From IMG/VR virus record IMGVR_UViG_3300030330_003336, positions 1 through 56,086 of that record: a stretch of DNA of 56,086 bases; one strand, written 5' to 3'. Shown here one piece after another: positions 1-7,933 of this stretch. The notes below the pieces were generated by a model that was not told the DNA's origin, ran no database searches, and was given only the letters and a program-made list of their open reading frames with translations. Numbering within the stretch: the stretch's first letter is position 1; every line of letters begins with the position of its first letter. The stretch comes from a virus. Taxonomy: Duplodnaviria; Caudoviricetes. Both the position numbers and the translations under genes were made by a program.

Positions 1-108
1 AAAGCTATTGAAGCAGGTAAAGGTGATGCTGTAAAAGCTAAAATGCCTAATTACGACATACCAGAACATATGTTGAACGTATTAAATGATAATCTTAAAT
101 CTAAATAA
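1..108 (+). CDS. 3' end of a truncated CDS, possibly an ERF-like ssDNA annealing protein
   Basis: Frame 1 is open to TAA at 106-108 (KAIEAGKGDAVKAKMPNYDIPEHMLNVLNDNLKSK). It lies directly upstream of the SSB-like gene; the function is inferred from context only. Confidence 0.35.
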   Translation, partial: KAIEAGKGDAVKAKMPNYDIPEHMLNVLNDNLKSK

Positions 109-110
109 TT

Positions 111-683
111 ATGGATAATGTAATTGCATTTAACTTGGCTAATTGCCAGGTAAAGCCTACAAGAGTTGTAGAAAATAAAAAGTACTTCAATGAAGGTGCA
201 CATAGATGTCAAGTCTTGTCGCTATCAAATTCATCACAAAGAGCAAACTATATGGGCGCACCATATGTAGAGTTTGACGTTGTTAATGAACAAGGAGAGT
301 ATGGTAGAGCCAAGTTTTGGGCTGTGCGTGAATCTGATTCACCTAAATCAAAAGAGTGGAAAACCAATACACTACACGAGTTTCTAACAAACTGTGGTGT
401 AAAAGATTTTTCAGACGACATTGAGTCTATGAAACAAGCTGTAGGCAAATGGATAAACATTTGTTTTACATTTGAAGAGTACATGATTATGAAAGATGGA
501 CAGCCAGTAAAACGAAAAGCTGTACGCTATCGTTGGTCTAGTGCTGATGGTAAAAAGATTAAGTATGATCCAAAGTACAATAAACCTATTTCACCTAGAG
601 ATGAACAAGAGTTTATAGAAGCAAATACCATGAGTGGTGGTTCTGCCGTACCTGTTGAATCAGAAGACAATTTACCATTTTAA
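111..683 (+). CDS. Phage single-stranded DNA-binding protein (DUF669/OB-fold-like)
   Basis: 190 aa with the acidic C-terminal tail ESEDNLPF typical of SSBs; recombination gene neighbourhood. Confidence 0.6.
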   Translation: MDNVIAFNLANCQVKPTRVVENKKYFNEGAHRCQVLSLSNSSQRANYMGAPYVEFDVVNEQGEYGRAKFWAVRESDSPKSKEWKTNTLHEFLTNCGVKDFSDDIESMKQAVGKWINICFTFEEYMIMKDGQPVKRKAVRYRWSSADGKKIKYDPKYNKPISPRDEQEFIEANTMSGGSAVPVESEDNLPF

Positions 684-684
684 A

Positions 685-715
685 TAATTTTGTAGTTTTG
701 TAGTCAAACTACAAA
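685..715 (+). promoter_or_regulatory. Bacteroidota-type -7 element(s) within an imperfect hairpin
   Basis: TAATTTTG at 685-692 and TAGTTTTG at 693-700. Inverted repeat tttgtagttttg...caaactacaaa lies just before the ATG at 718. Confidence 0.4.
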
Positions 716-717
716 CT

Positions 718-1101
718 ATGATTTTCATCGCAGGTAATGTGCCTTCAAGTAAAAATTCAAAACGTTGGACTGGTAAAATGCTTATCAATTCTAAGACAGT
801 TATGAATTATATAAAGGCAACAAAATGTCAATACGAAGAGAATCGTTCCAAATTTATAGAGATGACGGCAGGGCTTGAATACCCTGTCGTTGTTTCTTTT
901 AAATTTATTAGAGGTTCTCGACATAAGTTTGATTATATAAACCCTGCACAAACCGTTCAAGATCTAATGGTCAAAAACGAATGGATTGAAGATGACAATG
1001 CTAATTTTATTATACCAAGATTTGAAGAGTTTACATACGACAAAGAAAATCCTGGTGTAGAAATACAAGTATATGGAAGAAAATGTAATACCATTAGTTG
1101 A
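718..1101 (+). CDS. RusA-like Holliday junction resolvase
   Basis: N-terminal GNVPSSKN, KFDYINPAQTVQDLMVKNEWIEDDN acidic motif, and C-terminal PGVEIQV, matching the RusA pattern. Confidence 0.7.
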   Translation: MIFIAGNVPSSKNSKRWTGKMLINSKTVMNYIKATKCQYEENRSKFIEMTAGLEYPVVVSFKFIRGSRHKFDYINPAQTVQDLMVKNEWIEDDNANFIIPRFEEFTYDKENPGVEIQVYGRKCNTIS

Positions 1102-1528
1102 ATTTTTAGATTCATACGTGGTAACAAACGACATAGATAAGAAAAAGTTTTTGTCACCAAATAGGTCTAGAGACATTGTAGACGCACGAATGATATTTTG
1201 TGCTGTAGCTAGGCAAGAAGGTGGTCATACATTAAAGCATATAGGTGAAACCTTAAATAGAGATCACGCAACAGCTTTACACGCTATTAAAAACTATAAA
1301 ATCTTATCTACAGTAGATAAAAAAGTAAAAGCAGACTATATGAAAGCTGTTACGCTTTACAGAACTCTATCTTACAAACCAAAATGGACAAGCATAGGAC
1401 TGATAGATACATTGTTTGAAAGCAATAAAAAGCTTAGAAATAAAATTTCTATCATGGATGGAAAAATTAAAGCTTACGAAGGAAAAATATTAACTTTGAA
1501 AACAGAACTAAACACTACAATTAATTAA
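1073..1528 (+). CDS. DnaA C-terminal (domain IV) helix-turn-helix protein with coiled-coil tail
   Basis: RSRDIVDARMIF...TLKHIGETLNRDHATALHAIK matches the DnaA domain IV signature; no AAA+ domain is present. Confidence 0.75.
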   Translation: MEENVIPLVEFLDSYVVTNDIDKKKFLSPNRSRDIVDARMIFCAVARQEGGHTLKHIGETLNRDHATALHAIKNYKILSTVDKKVKADYMKAVTLYRTLSYKPKWTSIGLIDTLFESNKKLRNKISIMDGKIKAYEGKILTLKTELNTTIN

Positions 1529-1530
1529 TT

Positions 1531-1863
1531 ATGGCAAAAACAGAAAGAAAATCAATTAACATTGATGGAAAAAATGTCAAGGTAAGTAATAAGATATACG
1601 GAGTTATACAAAATCTTACAGAAGCATTGAAACAACACGAGGTTGCATTACTTACATGGGTACACAAAGTATTTAATACAAAACGTGAACACACGGAAGA
1701 TGAAATACTAATACAACAGTATTGTATGCAGATACCAGATGCACCTGGAATACTACAACGAATGAGAAAAATAGATGAAGAAGCTGCCAAGGAAAGATCT
1801 AATGAAAGCGCAAATCCAGTCGGAGATGCAAAGGATAATGGATCTTCTGATACAGAAGAATAA
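1531..1863 (+). CDS. Hypothetical protein
   Basis: 110-aa ORF packed in the operon. Confidence 0.7.
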   Translation: MAKTERKSINIDGKNVKVSNKIYGVIQNLTEALKQHEVALLTWVHKVFNTKREHTEDEILIQQYCMQIPDAPGILQRMRKIDEEAAKERSNESANPVGDAKDNGSSDTEE

Positions 1864-2074
1864 CTCATACGGTAATTCTGCTACACAACCAGCAAAAATC
1901 TTTTCTAAAGGTGATGCAGTTGAAAGTATTAGCGCACGCATAGATGATAAATTAATGCGTATTGCTAATAGAGGTATTAACGAAAACACGTTGGACACTG
2001 TGGATGATTTAATAGGATATTTAGTTCTGTTGAAAATTGCATGGTCTGAAAGATATATACCAGATAGTAAATAA
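1802..2074 (+). CDS. DUF1599 / nucleotide-modification-associated all-alpha domain protein
   Basis: KNNSYGNS...RIDDKLMRI...DTVDDLIGYLVL motif. The start is uncertain (1775, 1802 or later). Confidence 0.65.
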   Translation: MKAQIQSEMQRIMDLLIQKNNSYGNSATQPAKIFSKGDAVESISARIDDKLMRIANRGINENTLDTVDDLIGYLVLLKIAWSERYIPDSK

Positions 2075-2075
2075 C

Positions 2076-2083
2076 TATCTTTG
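2076..2083 (+). promoter_or_regulatory. Bacteroidota -7 promoter element
   Basis: TATCTTTG (TAnnTTTG) immediately after the stop at 2074. Confidence 0.6.
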
Positions 2084-2087
2084 TATA

Positions 2088-2168
2088 ATTCTTCGGACGT
2101 TCTGTCCTAGTGTTTTTCATAGTTTTGTTTGGTGGTGGTTATCCTGGGTTTACCTGGGATACCACTAT
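2088..2168 (+). ncRNA. Candidate small RNA or structured leader
   Basis: After the promoter: hairpin GGAC-gttct-GTCC, a U-rich linker TGTTTTTCATAGTTTTGTTT, then a long stem GGTGGT(T)ATCCTGGG-ttta-CCTGGGATACCACT. Confidence 0.35.
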
Positions 2169-2176
2169 CTATTATT

Positions 2177-2509
2177 ATGGAAGAAGTAGAATATTGGCAA
2201 TTAGACAAAATAGAATTGATGCTTGAACTTTGTCCATATGACGAAGGTATGAAGCAAGAAATTATGAACAACCTGCCTGAAACAAAAGAGCAGGCTGATG
2301 AGCTTTTGAAGCAACTTTGGTTTGATCACATACCTCGTGATCCTAGAGATCAATTTAATAAAATGATGAGTATGAACACGTTAGTAAAACAAGATTATAA
2401 ATTTTCGTATATTTGTAATGACTGTGGTGATGATTTCATCACATCTAATAAAGAGACGTTATGCACACAATGCTTAAGTCCCAACATAAAAGAAACAAAT
2501 GAGAGCTAA
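2177..2509 (+). CDS. Hypothetical protein with C-terminal zinc ribbon
   Basis: ATG at 2177 (MEEVEYW...); CNDC...CTQC motif near the C-terminus. Confidence 0.65.
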   Translation: MEEVEYWQLDKIELMLELCPYDEGMKQEIMNNLPETKEQADELLKQLWFDHIPRDPRDQFNKMMSMNTLVKQDYKFSYICNDCGDDFITSNKETLCTQCLSPNIKETNES

Positions 2510-2699
2510 AGATCACAAAAATAAAGCTGCTGATCTATTGGCGACTCTATCTCATTGGATCAAAACAAGCAAATTCGATTATAATCCACAAGACCTAGAG
2601 GCCTTATTAGATGAGGTTAAAGATAGGTATACAGACTATATAGAGCTGAAAAAAAATCCAAGACATGAGTCGAAAATAGAACAGAAAAGCTATAAATAA
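2499..2699 (+). CDS. Hypothetical protein
   Basis: 66 aa; overlaps both neighbours (TAATG coupling at 2699). Confidence 0.65.
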   Translation: MRAKDHKNKAADLLATLSHWIKTSKFDYNPQDLEALLDEVKDRYTDYIELKKNPRHESKIEQKSYK

Positions 2700-3091
2700 T
2701 GAGCAAAAACACAATCGTTTTTGAGGGCGGCATTGACAACATACGCACATTAGCCGATAACTCTCTACGTGTCAGCCTTGGCACACCAGAACTCACAGCA
2801 GAAATCGTAGGTAATATGTATAGTATGCTGAAACAACCAGGTTATGTAGTAATATCTACAAAGCCAATATCACAACAACAAATAGATGCTGTAGAAGAAG
2901 CAACAGTTGACAGAGAGTTTGATACAAAAACTCCTTCACAAAGGTTGCGATCGGTGTTGTATATCCTATGGGAGCAAACACAACCGAAAGAAGTAGGTCC
3001 TGATGGTACCACAATATATGTAGACTTTGATTTGTTTTACAAACGAAAAATGAATGAACTTATAAAGTTTATAAAAGATAAGTTAGTATGA
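2699..3091 (+). CDS. Conserved-type phage hypothetical protein
   Basis: 130 aa; KTPSQRLRSVLYILWEQ...FDLFYKRKM pattern; translationally coupled. Confidence 0.7.
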   Translation: MSKNTIVFEGGIDNIRTLADNSLRVSLGTPELTAEIVGNMYSMLKQPGYVVISTKPISQQQIDAVEEATVDREFDTKTPSQRLRSVLYILWEQTQPKEVGPDGTTIYVDFDLFYKRKMNELIKFIKDKLV

Positions 3092-3192
3092 CATACAAAG
3101 GCAAACTTCTAAGATACAAAAGGTGGCTAGAACGCCAATTGAAAAAAGTTAATAAAAAATTACTATCTTTGCACGCCAAAAATAACAGGTGA
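3088..3192 (+). CDS. Small basic protein (34 aa), not in the ORF track
   Basis: ATGA overlap with the upstream stop; MTYKGKLLRYKRWLERQLKKVNKKLLSLHAKNNR. Confidence 0.45.
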   Translation: MTYKGKLLRYKRWLERQLKKVNKKLLSLHAKNNR

Positions 3193-3284
3193 TGAAAAAG
3201 TATAAAATGATTATTGAATACAGCTTTATGTATCTAGGTTTTTTATTTATAATTACATCTATAATTTACAACCTACTTAAATGA
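3192..3284 (+). CDS. Small membrane peptide (30 aa), not in the ORF track
   Basis: TGATG overlap; MKKYKMIIEYSFMYLGFLFIITSIIYNLLK has one hydrophobic helix; TATCTTTG at 3164-3171 lies upstream. Confidence 0.45.
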   Translation: MKKYKMIIEYSFMYLGFLFIITSIIYNLLK

Positions 3285-3302
3285 ACATAATAGTAATATG
3301 GC

Positions 3303-4601
3303 CTAGTTTATAGGTACATTGTAATTTAACTTAGCTTGAACGCCATTGTATTTGTTCCAAACAAAAGCACTGGCTTTCTTTATATTACCAACATATCCTT
3401 TCATGTCGTGCCATTCATCAGTGGCCGTCATGGAGGATAAGTTGCGTACTGTAAGCCCATTTAATTCTTCTACGGCTTGCATCTTATAAGACTTGTTAGT
3501 GTGATAGTGACCTCTATGAACCTCAACATGTCTTACCTCACTCCACACATTTCTATATCTTTGGGATACAATACCAGGTAGATCATTTAGTTTTGGTCCA
3601 TCTCCGTGATCATTTACAATCAAACATTTACCATAATGATATGCTTTCATCATTCTCATATCATTGTTTACTGTAACATTTCCATTGTTTTCATAAAACA
3701 TTTCTAATGCATCTCCAATATGCATCATAGATTCACGATCGTGATTACCAGGTATAACATCTATATGCACAGGTGCAATCTCAGATAACATCTCCACACA
3801 CTCTATTATCAACTTTCTTCCTGCTCTATATGTATCTATATGTTTATCTGTGTTGAATTGTGGTGTACCTTTTGTAGTGCTAGGCACTGGCCAATCACCA
3901 TCTGAATTTAGAAAATCATTTCCAACCACAAATAGTATTTGATTTATATAGAACCCTGAAGCTCTTTTCACAAGATGCTGTAACGCATCAATCATTCTTT
4001 GTCTTGCAATATCTATACTATAATCATCCCCATCTATTCCTATCTTTCCTATGTGTAAGTCACAAGCATTAATTTCTAATAAGTGTTCATCATCTTCTTG
4101 AAAAGAATTAGGGTATATGGCCGTTTTAGGTATAGAATCAAAAAGAGGAACTAAGTCTTCGACCAATTCCTCTCTTATCTTTTGTATATTCATTGTTGGA
4201 TCTATACGTTTTAACCATGCTTTTGTTCTAAACATTGTTATTGTTATTGGCTTTCTGTTAGCATCAAAGCCAGTGACCTCATATGTTCCTATATCGTATT
4301 TATCTACTTCCCAAGTATTTAAGTCAACATTACAAGCTTGTAATAAATCATCTAAACTTTTAACTCTTTTACTATCCTCACAAGTAATAATAGCACCACT
4401 TTTATTTTCTTCGAAAGTTGTTTTTTCTTTACTGCTGGGACTTGTAATCTTTTCTCTTAACCTTCTTGCTACACCCCTTACTTGTTCGTAATTGAATCCA
4501 AAAAGTTGTGCAGTATTAAAATAATCTTTGTTAAGTTTTTCTGGATTATTTATTAGGTATTCTTTTAGTTTTTGTGTACTCTGTTTATCATGTTTAGCCA
4601 T
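3303..4601 (-). CDS. Calcineurin-like metallophosphoesterase with N-terminal HTH-like region
   Basis: DLHIGK, GNDFLN, GNHD, HGD and GHYH motifs in the canonical order. Confidence 0.85.
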   Translation of the reverse strand: MAKHDKQSTQKLKEYLINNPEKLNKDYFNTAQLFGFNYEQVRGVARRLREKITSPSSKEKTTFEENKSGAIITCEDSKRVKSLDDLLQACNVDLNTWEVDKYDIGTYEVTGFDANRKPITITMFRTKAWLKRIDPTMNIQKIREELVEDLVPLFDSIPKTAIYPNSFQEDDEHLLEINACDLHIGKIGIDGDDYSIDIARQRMIDALQHLVKRASGFYINQILFVVGNDFLNSDGDWPVPSTTKGTPQFNTDKHIDTYRAGRKLIIECVEMLSEIAPVHIDVIPGNHDRESMMHIGDALEMFYENNGNVTVNNDMRMMKAYHYGKCLIVNDHGDGPKLNDLPGIVSQRYRNVWSEVRHVEVHRGHYHTNKSYKMQAVEELNGLTVRNLSSMTATDEWHDMKGYVGNIKKASAFVWNKYNGVQAKLNYNVPIN

Positions 4602-4612
4602 TGTTTTAGGTA

Positions 4613-4855
4613 TTATTCATCCTCATACCTAGGGCCGTACCCGTGTTGCGATTTGAGTTTGACGTTTACGGCTTTCAATTTATACTTTTTTGTGCCTTTA
4701 CTCAACTTCTTTAACGCGCGACTTACCAACATCTCATTGTTCATAACCTCTTCTTTTGTAAGACCTTTGACTAATACATCTTTAATTACATATTGATATC
4801 CATTCTTTTGTTCGAATGTCCAGTCAGACATCCATATAGGTACTTTTGCTTTCAT
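4613..4855 (-). CDS. Hypothetical protein
   Basis: 80-aa ORF in the packed operon. Confidence 0.7.
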   Translation of the reverse strand: MKAKVPIWMSDWTFEQKNGYQYVIKDVLVKGLTKEEVMNNEMLVSRALKKLSKGTKKYKLKAVNVKLKSQHGYGPRYEDE

Positions 4856-4857
4856 AG

Positions 4858-5448
4858 TTATTTTATTACGGCAATATCTAAACTGCCAGATGATGTAGTT
4901 TTAGTAACGTAAATATAAAAAGGATTTTGATCCGATTTAGTTATAGAACTTAATAACCCACCAACAACAGCACTTAATGTTGTTGAGGCTTTTGCTGCTA
5001 GCTCTTTTCTATTTACTAAAATAATAGTCTTGTCTGAATTTTTTATCTGATCATTTCTCTCAGCAATTGTTTTAGAAGATCTACTGTAACTATTTACGTT
5101 CAACATAGACAAACGCACACTAAAAATAACTGCGTCTGTTGTATGTGTATTACAAAATATAATATCTGAAAGTCTAGGTGATAATGATCCGTTAAAATGT
5201 ATCTGATATGGTACAGTATTTACTGTAGGTATATTTTTAAATACATCTACGCCACCTGTTTCTCTACTATTAAAAACATCTCTTTGTAATGCTTGTTGGC
5301 TTAAAGGTGATCGAGTAACAGTAGAAGGTGTAGCTGGAGCTGGAGCTGACACTGTTGATGCTCCCAGGTCTGGTTTTGTCGTAACTCTTTCAGGAGCTAC
5401 TGATTTTTCATATTTATCTTTATATGCGGTTAACCTTTCTTTACTCAT
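4858..5448 (-). CDS. Hypothetical, probable structural beta-sandwich protein
   Basis: Pro/Ser/Thr-rich linker followed by a beta-rich domain (IIFCNTHTTDAVIFSV). Confidence 0.55.
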   Translation of the reverse strand: MSKERLTAYKDKYEKSVAPERVTTKPDLGASTVSAPAPATPSTVTRSPLSQQALQRDVFNSRETGGVDVFKNIPTVNTVPYQIHFNGSLSPRLSDIIFCNTHTTDAVIFSVRLSMLNVNSYSRSSKTIAERNDQIKNSDKTIILVNRKELAAKASTTLSAVVGGLLSSITKSDQNPFYIYVTKTTSSGSLDIAVIK

Positions 5449-5911
5449 CGTAATCTTGGTAAGTAATTGTTACTTCTTCTCCATTTGCTATCGCTGACGC
5501 AATACGAGGATAAATCCTTTTATACGCGTTAACACTTTTACCAATGAATCCATCAGGTAATAGTTGGTTGTTTTCTTGTGAGTCACCCACAAGCAAGCAC
5601 CCAGCAGTATGTTCGTCAGTGTTTCCAGTGTGAATAAGTATATACTCAAAATTAGGAACATCGGTAACATGCAACATACCGCGATGTAAACCAGGATATT
5701 TTTTAGTATAGCGTTCATGAAATCCTCCTTCTTTTCTTAGTTCTATTTTGTACGTACCAGCAGGTACACGAGTTTCACCTCTTACTTTAAGTGCTCGTCT
5801 TTCGTCTTCAAGAGTATAACATAAAAACTTTTTACCTACCCCTGTATGTTCAAAAAGCAGACCATGTGTAGAGTCTGCTTCTGAACTAAATCTCAAAACT
5901 ATGAGTTTCAT
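5441..5911 (-). CDS. DUF5675 family protein, putative L,D-transpeptidase-like endolysin
   Basis: CYTLED...RVPAGTYKI...ILIHTGNT...TAGCLLVG, with the His/Cys dyad pattern. Confidence 0.75.
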   Translation of the reverse strand: MKLIVLRFSSEADSTHGLLFEHTGVGKKFLCYTLEDERRALKVRGETRVPAGTYKIELRKEGGFHERYTKKYPGLHRGMLHVTDVPNFEYILIHTGNTDEHTAGCLLVGDSQENNQLLPDGFIGKSVNAYKRIYPRIASAIANGEEVTITYQDYDE

Positions 5912-5912
5912 A

Positions 5913-6329
5913 TTAGTTGTCTAATGCGTCACAAATCAAATATTGTACTTTTTGATCAGCTGTAGATGCAGTTACTTTTATACTACTTCCTGAAGAATCA
6001 CCATTTAATTCCATAGGTGCAAAGAAAAACTCACCTGGTTTCAAGTCAGCACACTCTAATGCACTTGACTCTGATTCACTAGCCTCTACTTCTACTGCAT
6101 AATCTGTATCAACATTTTTAATAAATGCAAATACTCTATCATCATTAACATCTGCCAAAGCTAATTCGCTACCGCCTGTCTGCGCTAAGTGTTCTCCTGT
6201 ATACAAACACTGTGATGTAGTATTTGAAGAACTTGTAAATGAAGGGCTGTAAGTAAATACGGTTACTCCTTCTGAGTCTACTAAAGAAAAGCTACCTGAA
6301 ACCGATACTGTCGTTGTTTGTGTTGCCAT
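5913..6329 (-). CDS. Small virion beta-sandwich protein, paralog of 6341-6724 and 40593-41081
   Basis: Likely start MATQTTTV at 6329; FIKNVDTDYAVEV...LKPGEFFF. Confidence 0.6.
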   Translation of the reverse strand: MATQTTTVSVSGSFSLVDSEGVTVFTYSPSFTSSSNTTSQCLYTGEHLAQTGGSELALADVNDDRVFAFIKNVDTDYAVEVEASESESSALECADLKPGEFFFAPMELNGDSSGSSIKVTASTADQKVQYLICDALDN

Positions 6330-6340
6330 ATTATTATTTT

Positions 6341-6724
6341 TTAAGCTGCAGAATCTATTTCTACTGCGAAGTATTCTACTGTTACTGTTGCTGTATCTGC
6401 TCGACCATGGACTACTCCATTGTCTCTTAATATTGTAAAACAAAATTCACCTGGTTCTAAGATTGCAATAGTGTTATCTGCATCAGACACCATAGAAACA
6501 GTTACAAAATTTGTGTCATCTAAATTTCTAACATATACAACTTTACCAAAATCAGGAGCAGCCATTATATCTACCCCACCTGTTGTAATATTTTTTCTAC
6601 CAGTTTCAACCTGGTCTATACCAGTTAAATTCAATGAAAATGCACCAGACTGTGACTGGCTGTAACCACTTGCAGATGAAGCAGTCACATTTAGACTTGC
6701 ATTGAATGTATAATTTTTTGCCAT
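6341..6724 (-). CDS. Small virion beta-sandwich protein
   Basis: VYVRNLDDTNFVTV...LEPGEFCF...ADTATVTVEYF. Confidence 0.6.
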   Translation of the reverse strand: MAKNYTFNASLNVTASSASGYSQSQSGAFSLNLTGIDQVETGRKNITTGGVDIMAAPDFGKVVYVRNLDDTNFVTVSMVSDADNTIAILEPGEFCFTILRDNGVVHGRADTATVTVEYFAVEIDSAA

Positions 6725-6744
6725 TTTGTTTTTTTATTAGATTA

Positions 6745-6752
6745 CAAAGATA
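6745..6752 (-). promoter_or_regulatory. Bacteroidota -7 promoter element
   Basis: TATCTTTG on the minus strand, about 20 nt upstream of the ATG at 6724. Confidence 0.6.
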
Positions 6753-6761
6753 AGATTTTTT

Positions 6762-7031
6762 TTAATAAGATGTAAAATCATCAGGTATTTCAGAGTTTGC
6801 AACTGCACTCTCATTAAAGTTTACATCAATATTAGATCCATTACCTCCTGCAGAGGACAAAGGATTTACACCACTAACGGCAGCAGCATGATGAGTTCCA
6901 CCCATATATCCAATAACACCACCTATTGTGTGTTGATGGTAACCTTCTTGATCATTGTTTGCTGCCCAAGCTAACGCTTCGCCTATTGTCGTGTAAACTG
7001 GTATTCCGTCTATGTTTCCTAGTATTGCCAT
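6762..7031 (-). CDS. Hypothetical His-motif protein
   Basis: GYHQH...YMGGTHH; coupled to the upstream gene. Confidence 0.65.
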   Translation of the reverse strand: MAILGNIDGIPVYTTIGEALAWAANNDQEGYHQHTIGGVIGYMGGTHHAAAVSGVNPLSSAGGNGSNIDVNFNESAVANSEIPDDFTSY

Positions 7032-7279
7032 TATTTATTTAATATATCGTGTAACATTTGACATTTTTCATATTGCTCTTCAGTAATATAATACTCTATC
7101 ATTTTTTCCAAAACATCTTTAAATTTTGTTTTATCTTCTAAAGCATTGGGTGCAACTGCACAGTATACTACATCATCATCTGACGATAGTAAATTATCAA
7201 AAGTCATCTTGCCAGTCACAATGTAAAATGCATTGTTCATAGCTTCTGCTAATAATTGTTGATCATGAATGTTGCTCAT
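7031..7279 (-). CDS. Hypothetical protein with UVR (UvrB/C)-like C-terminal motif
   Basis: MIEYYITEEQYEKCQMLHDIL. Confidence 0.55.
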   Translation of the reverse strand: MSNIHDQQLLAEAMNNAFYIVTGKMTFDNLLSSDDDVVYCAVAPNALEDKTKFKDVLEKMIEYYITEEQYEKCQMLHDILNK

Positions 7280-7577
7280 TTAATCTTGACATACGAGCTC
7301 CGCAGCAACACATATTTTTGTCTGCTAGCTTCCCTCTATAATTACCACCATGTTTATATCTACTCACCCTACCCTTTTCCCTTTTTTCTTTAGCTGCTCT
7401 CGCTTTATCACTTTTACTTAGCTGACTCCAAGTTTTAGGTGTGTCCTTACTAATTCTTTTAGTAGGACGAAAAGTATTTTCACCTTTGCTGTAATCTTTA
7501 TTACCACGAGGTGTGCGCCAGTCTTCTTTAAACCAACGCTTTAATCTTAATCCAGCTGCTGTTTTACGTACTGCCAT
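7263..7577 (-). CDS. Small basic protein (DUF5872-like)
   Basis: LKRWFKEDW...FRPTKRISKDTPKTWSQL; K/R-rich; YKHGG motif. Confidence 0.6.
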   Translation of the reverse strand: MAVRKTAAGLRLKRWFKEDWRTPRGNKDYSKGENTFRPTKRISKDTPKTWSQLSKSDKARAAKEKREKGRVSRYKHGGNYRGKLADKNMCCCGARMSRLNEQHS

Positions 7578-7762
7578 TAATCAAGTTGTCTTAACATAAT
7601 ACCACCTTTGTGGTATTTCATACCTTTAGCGGCTTTTTTACTTTTATTTCCCCAATTAGCAGCACCTACTTTACGACACTTAGCCATTGCACCACTTCTG
7701 TATGCAGATGTTTTAGGTCCGTATCTTGCTACTACTTTATGATAACATGCATCTTTTGCCAT
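7577..7762 (-). CDS. Small basic protein
   Basis: DACYHKV...SAYRSGAMAKCRKVG; ends YHKGGIMLRQLD. Confidence 0.7.
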   Translation of the reverse strand: MAKDACYHKVVARYGPKTSAYRSGAMAKCRKVGAANWGNKSKKAAKGMKYHKGGIMLRQLD

Positions 7763-7932
7763 TATTTTTTCTTTTTAACAGTTCTGTGACGTTTTTGTAC
7801 ATCAAAGCTTGCAGATAAACTACCACCTGGATGTGGTTTAAATTTACCTTTATGCTTCATCAACTTATAAGTATTGTTTCCTTTTTTCATCCAATGAAAT
7901 CCAGCAGGAGCTTTTACAGTTTTTTTTGCCAT
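7762..7932 (-). CDS. Small basic protein (56 aa), not in the ORF track
   Basis: MAKKTVKAPAGFHWMKKGNNTYKLMKHKGKFKPHPGGSLSASFDVQKRHRTVKKKK; fills the gap exactly, with TAATG coupling. Confidence 0.7.
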   Translation of the reverse strand: MAKKTVKAPAGFHWMKKGNNTYKLMKHKGKFKPHPGGSLSASFDVQKRHRTVKKKK

Positions 7933-7933
7933 A

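Noticed and set aside
6330-6443. N-terminal extensions in the ORF track (5913-6443, 7934-8287, 12371-13639, 43920-44171, 53448-54017, 2129-2509)
   Set aside because: They overlap upstream genes, terminators or promoter boxes; downstream ATGs fit the operon packing better.
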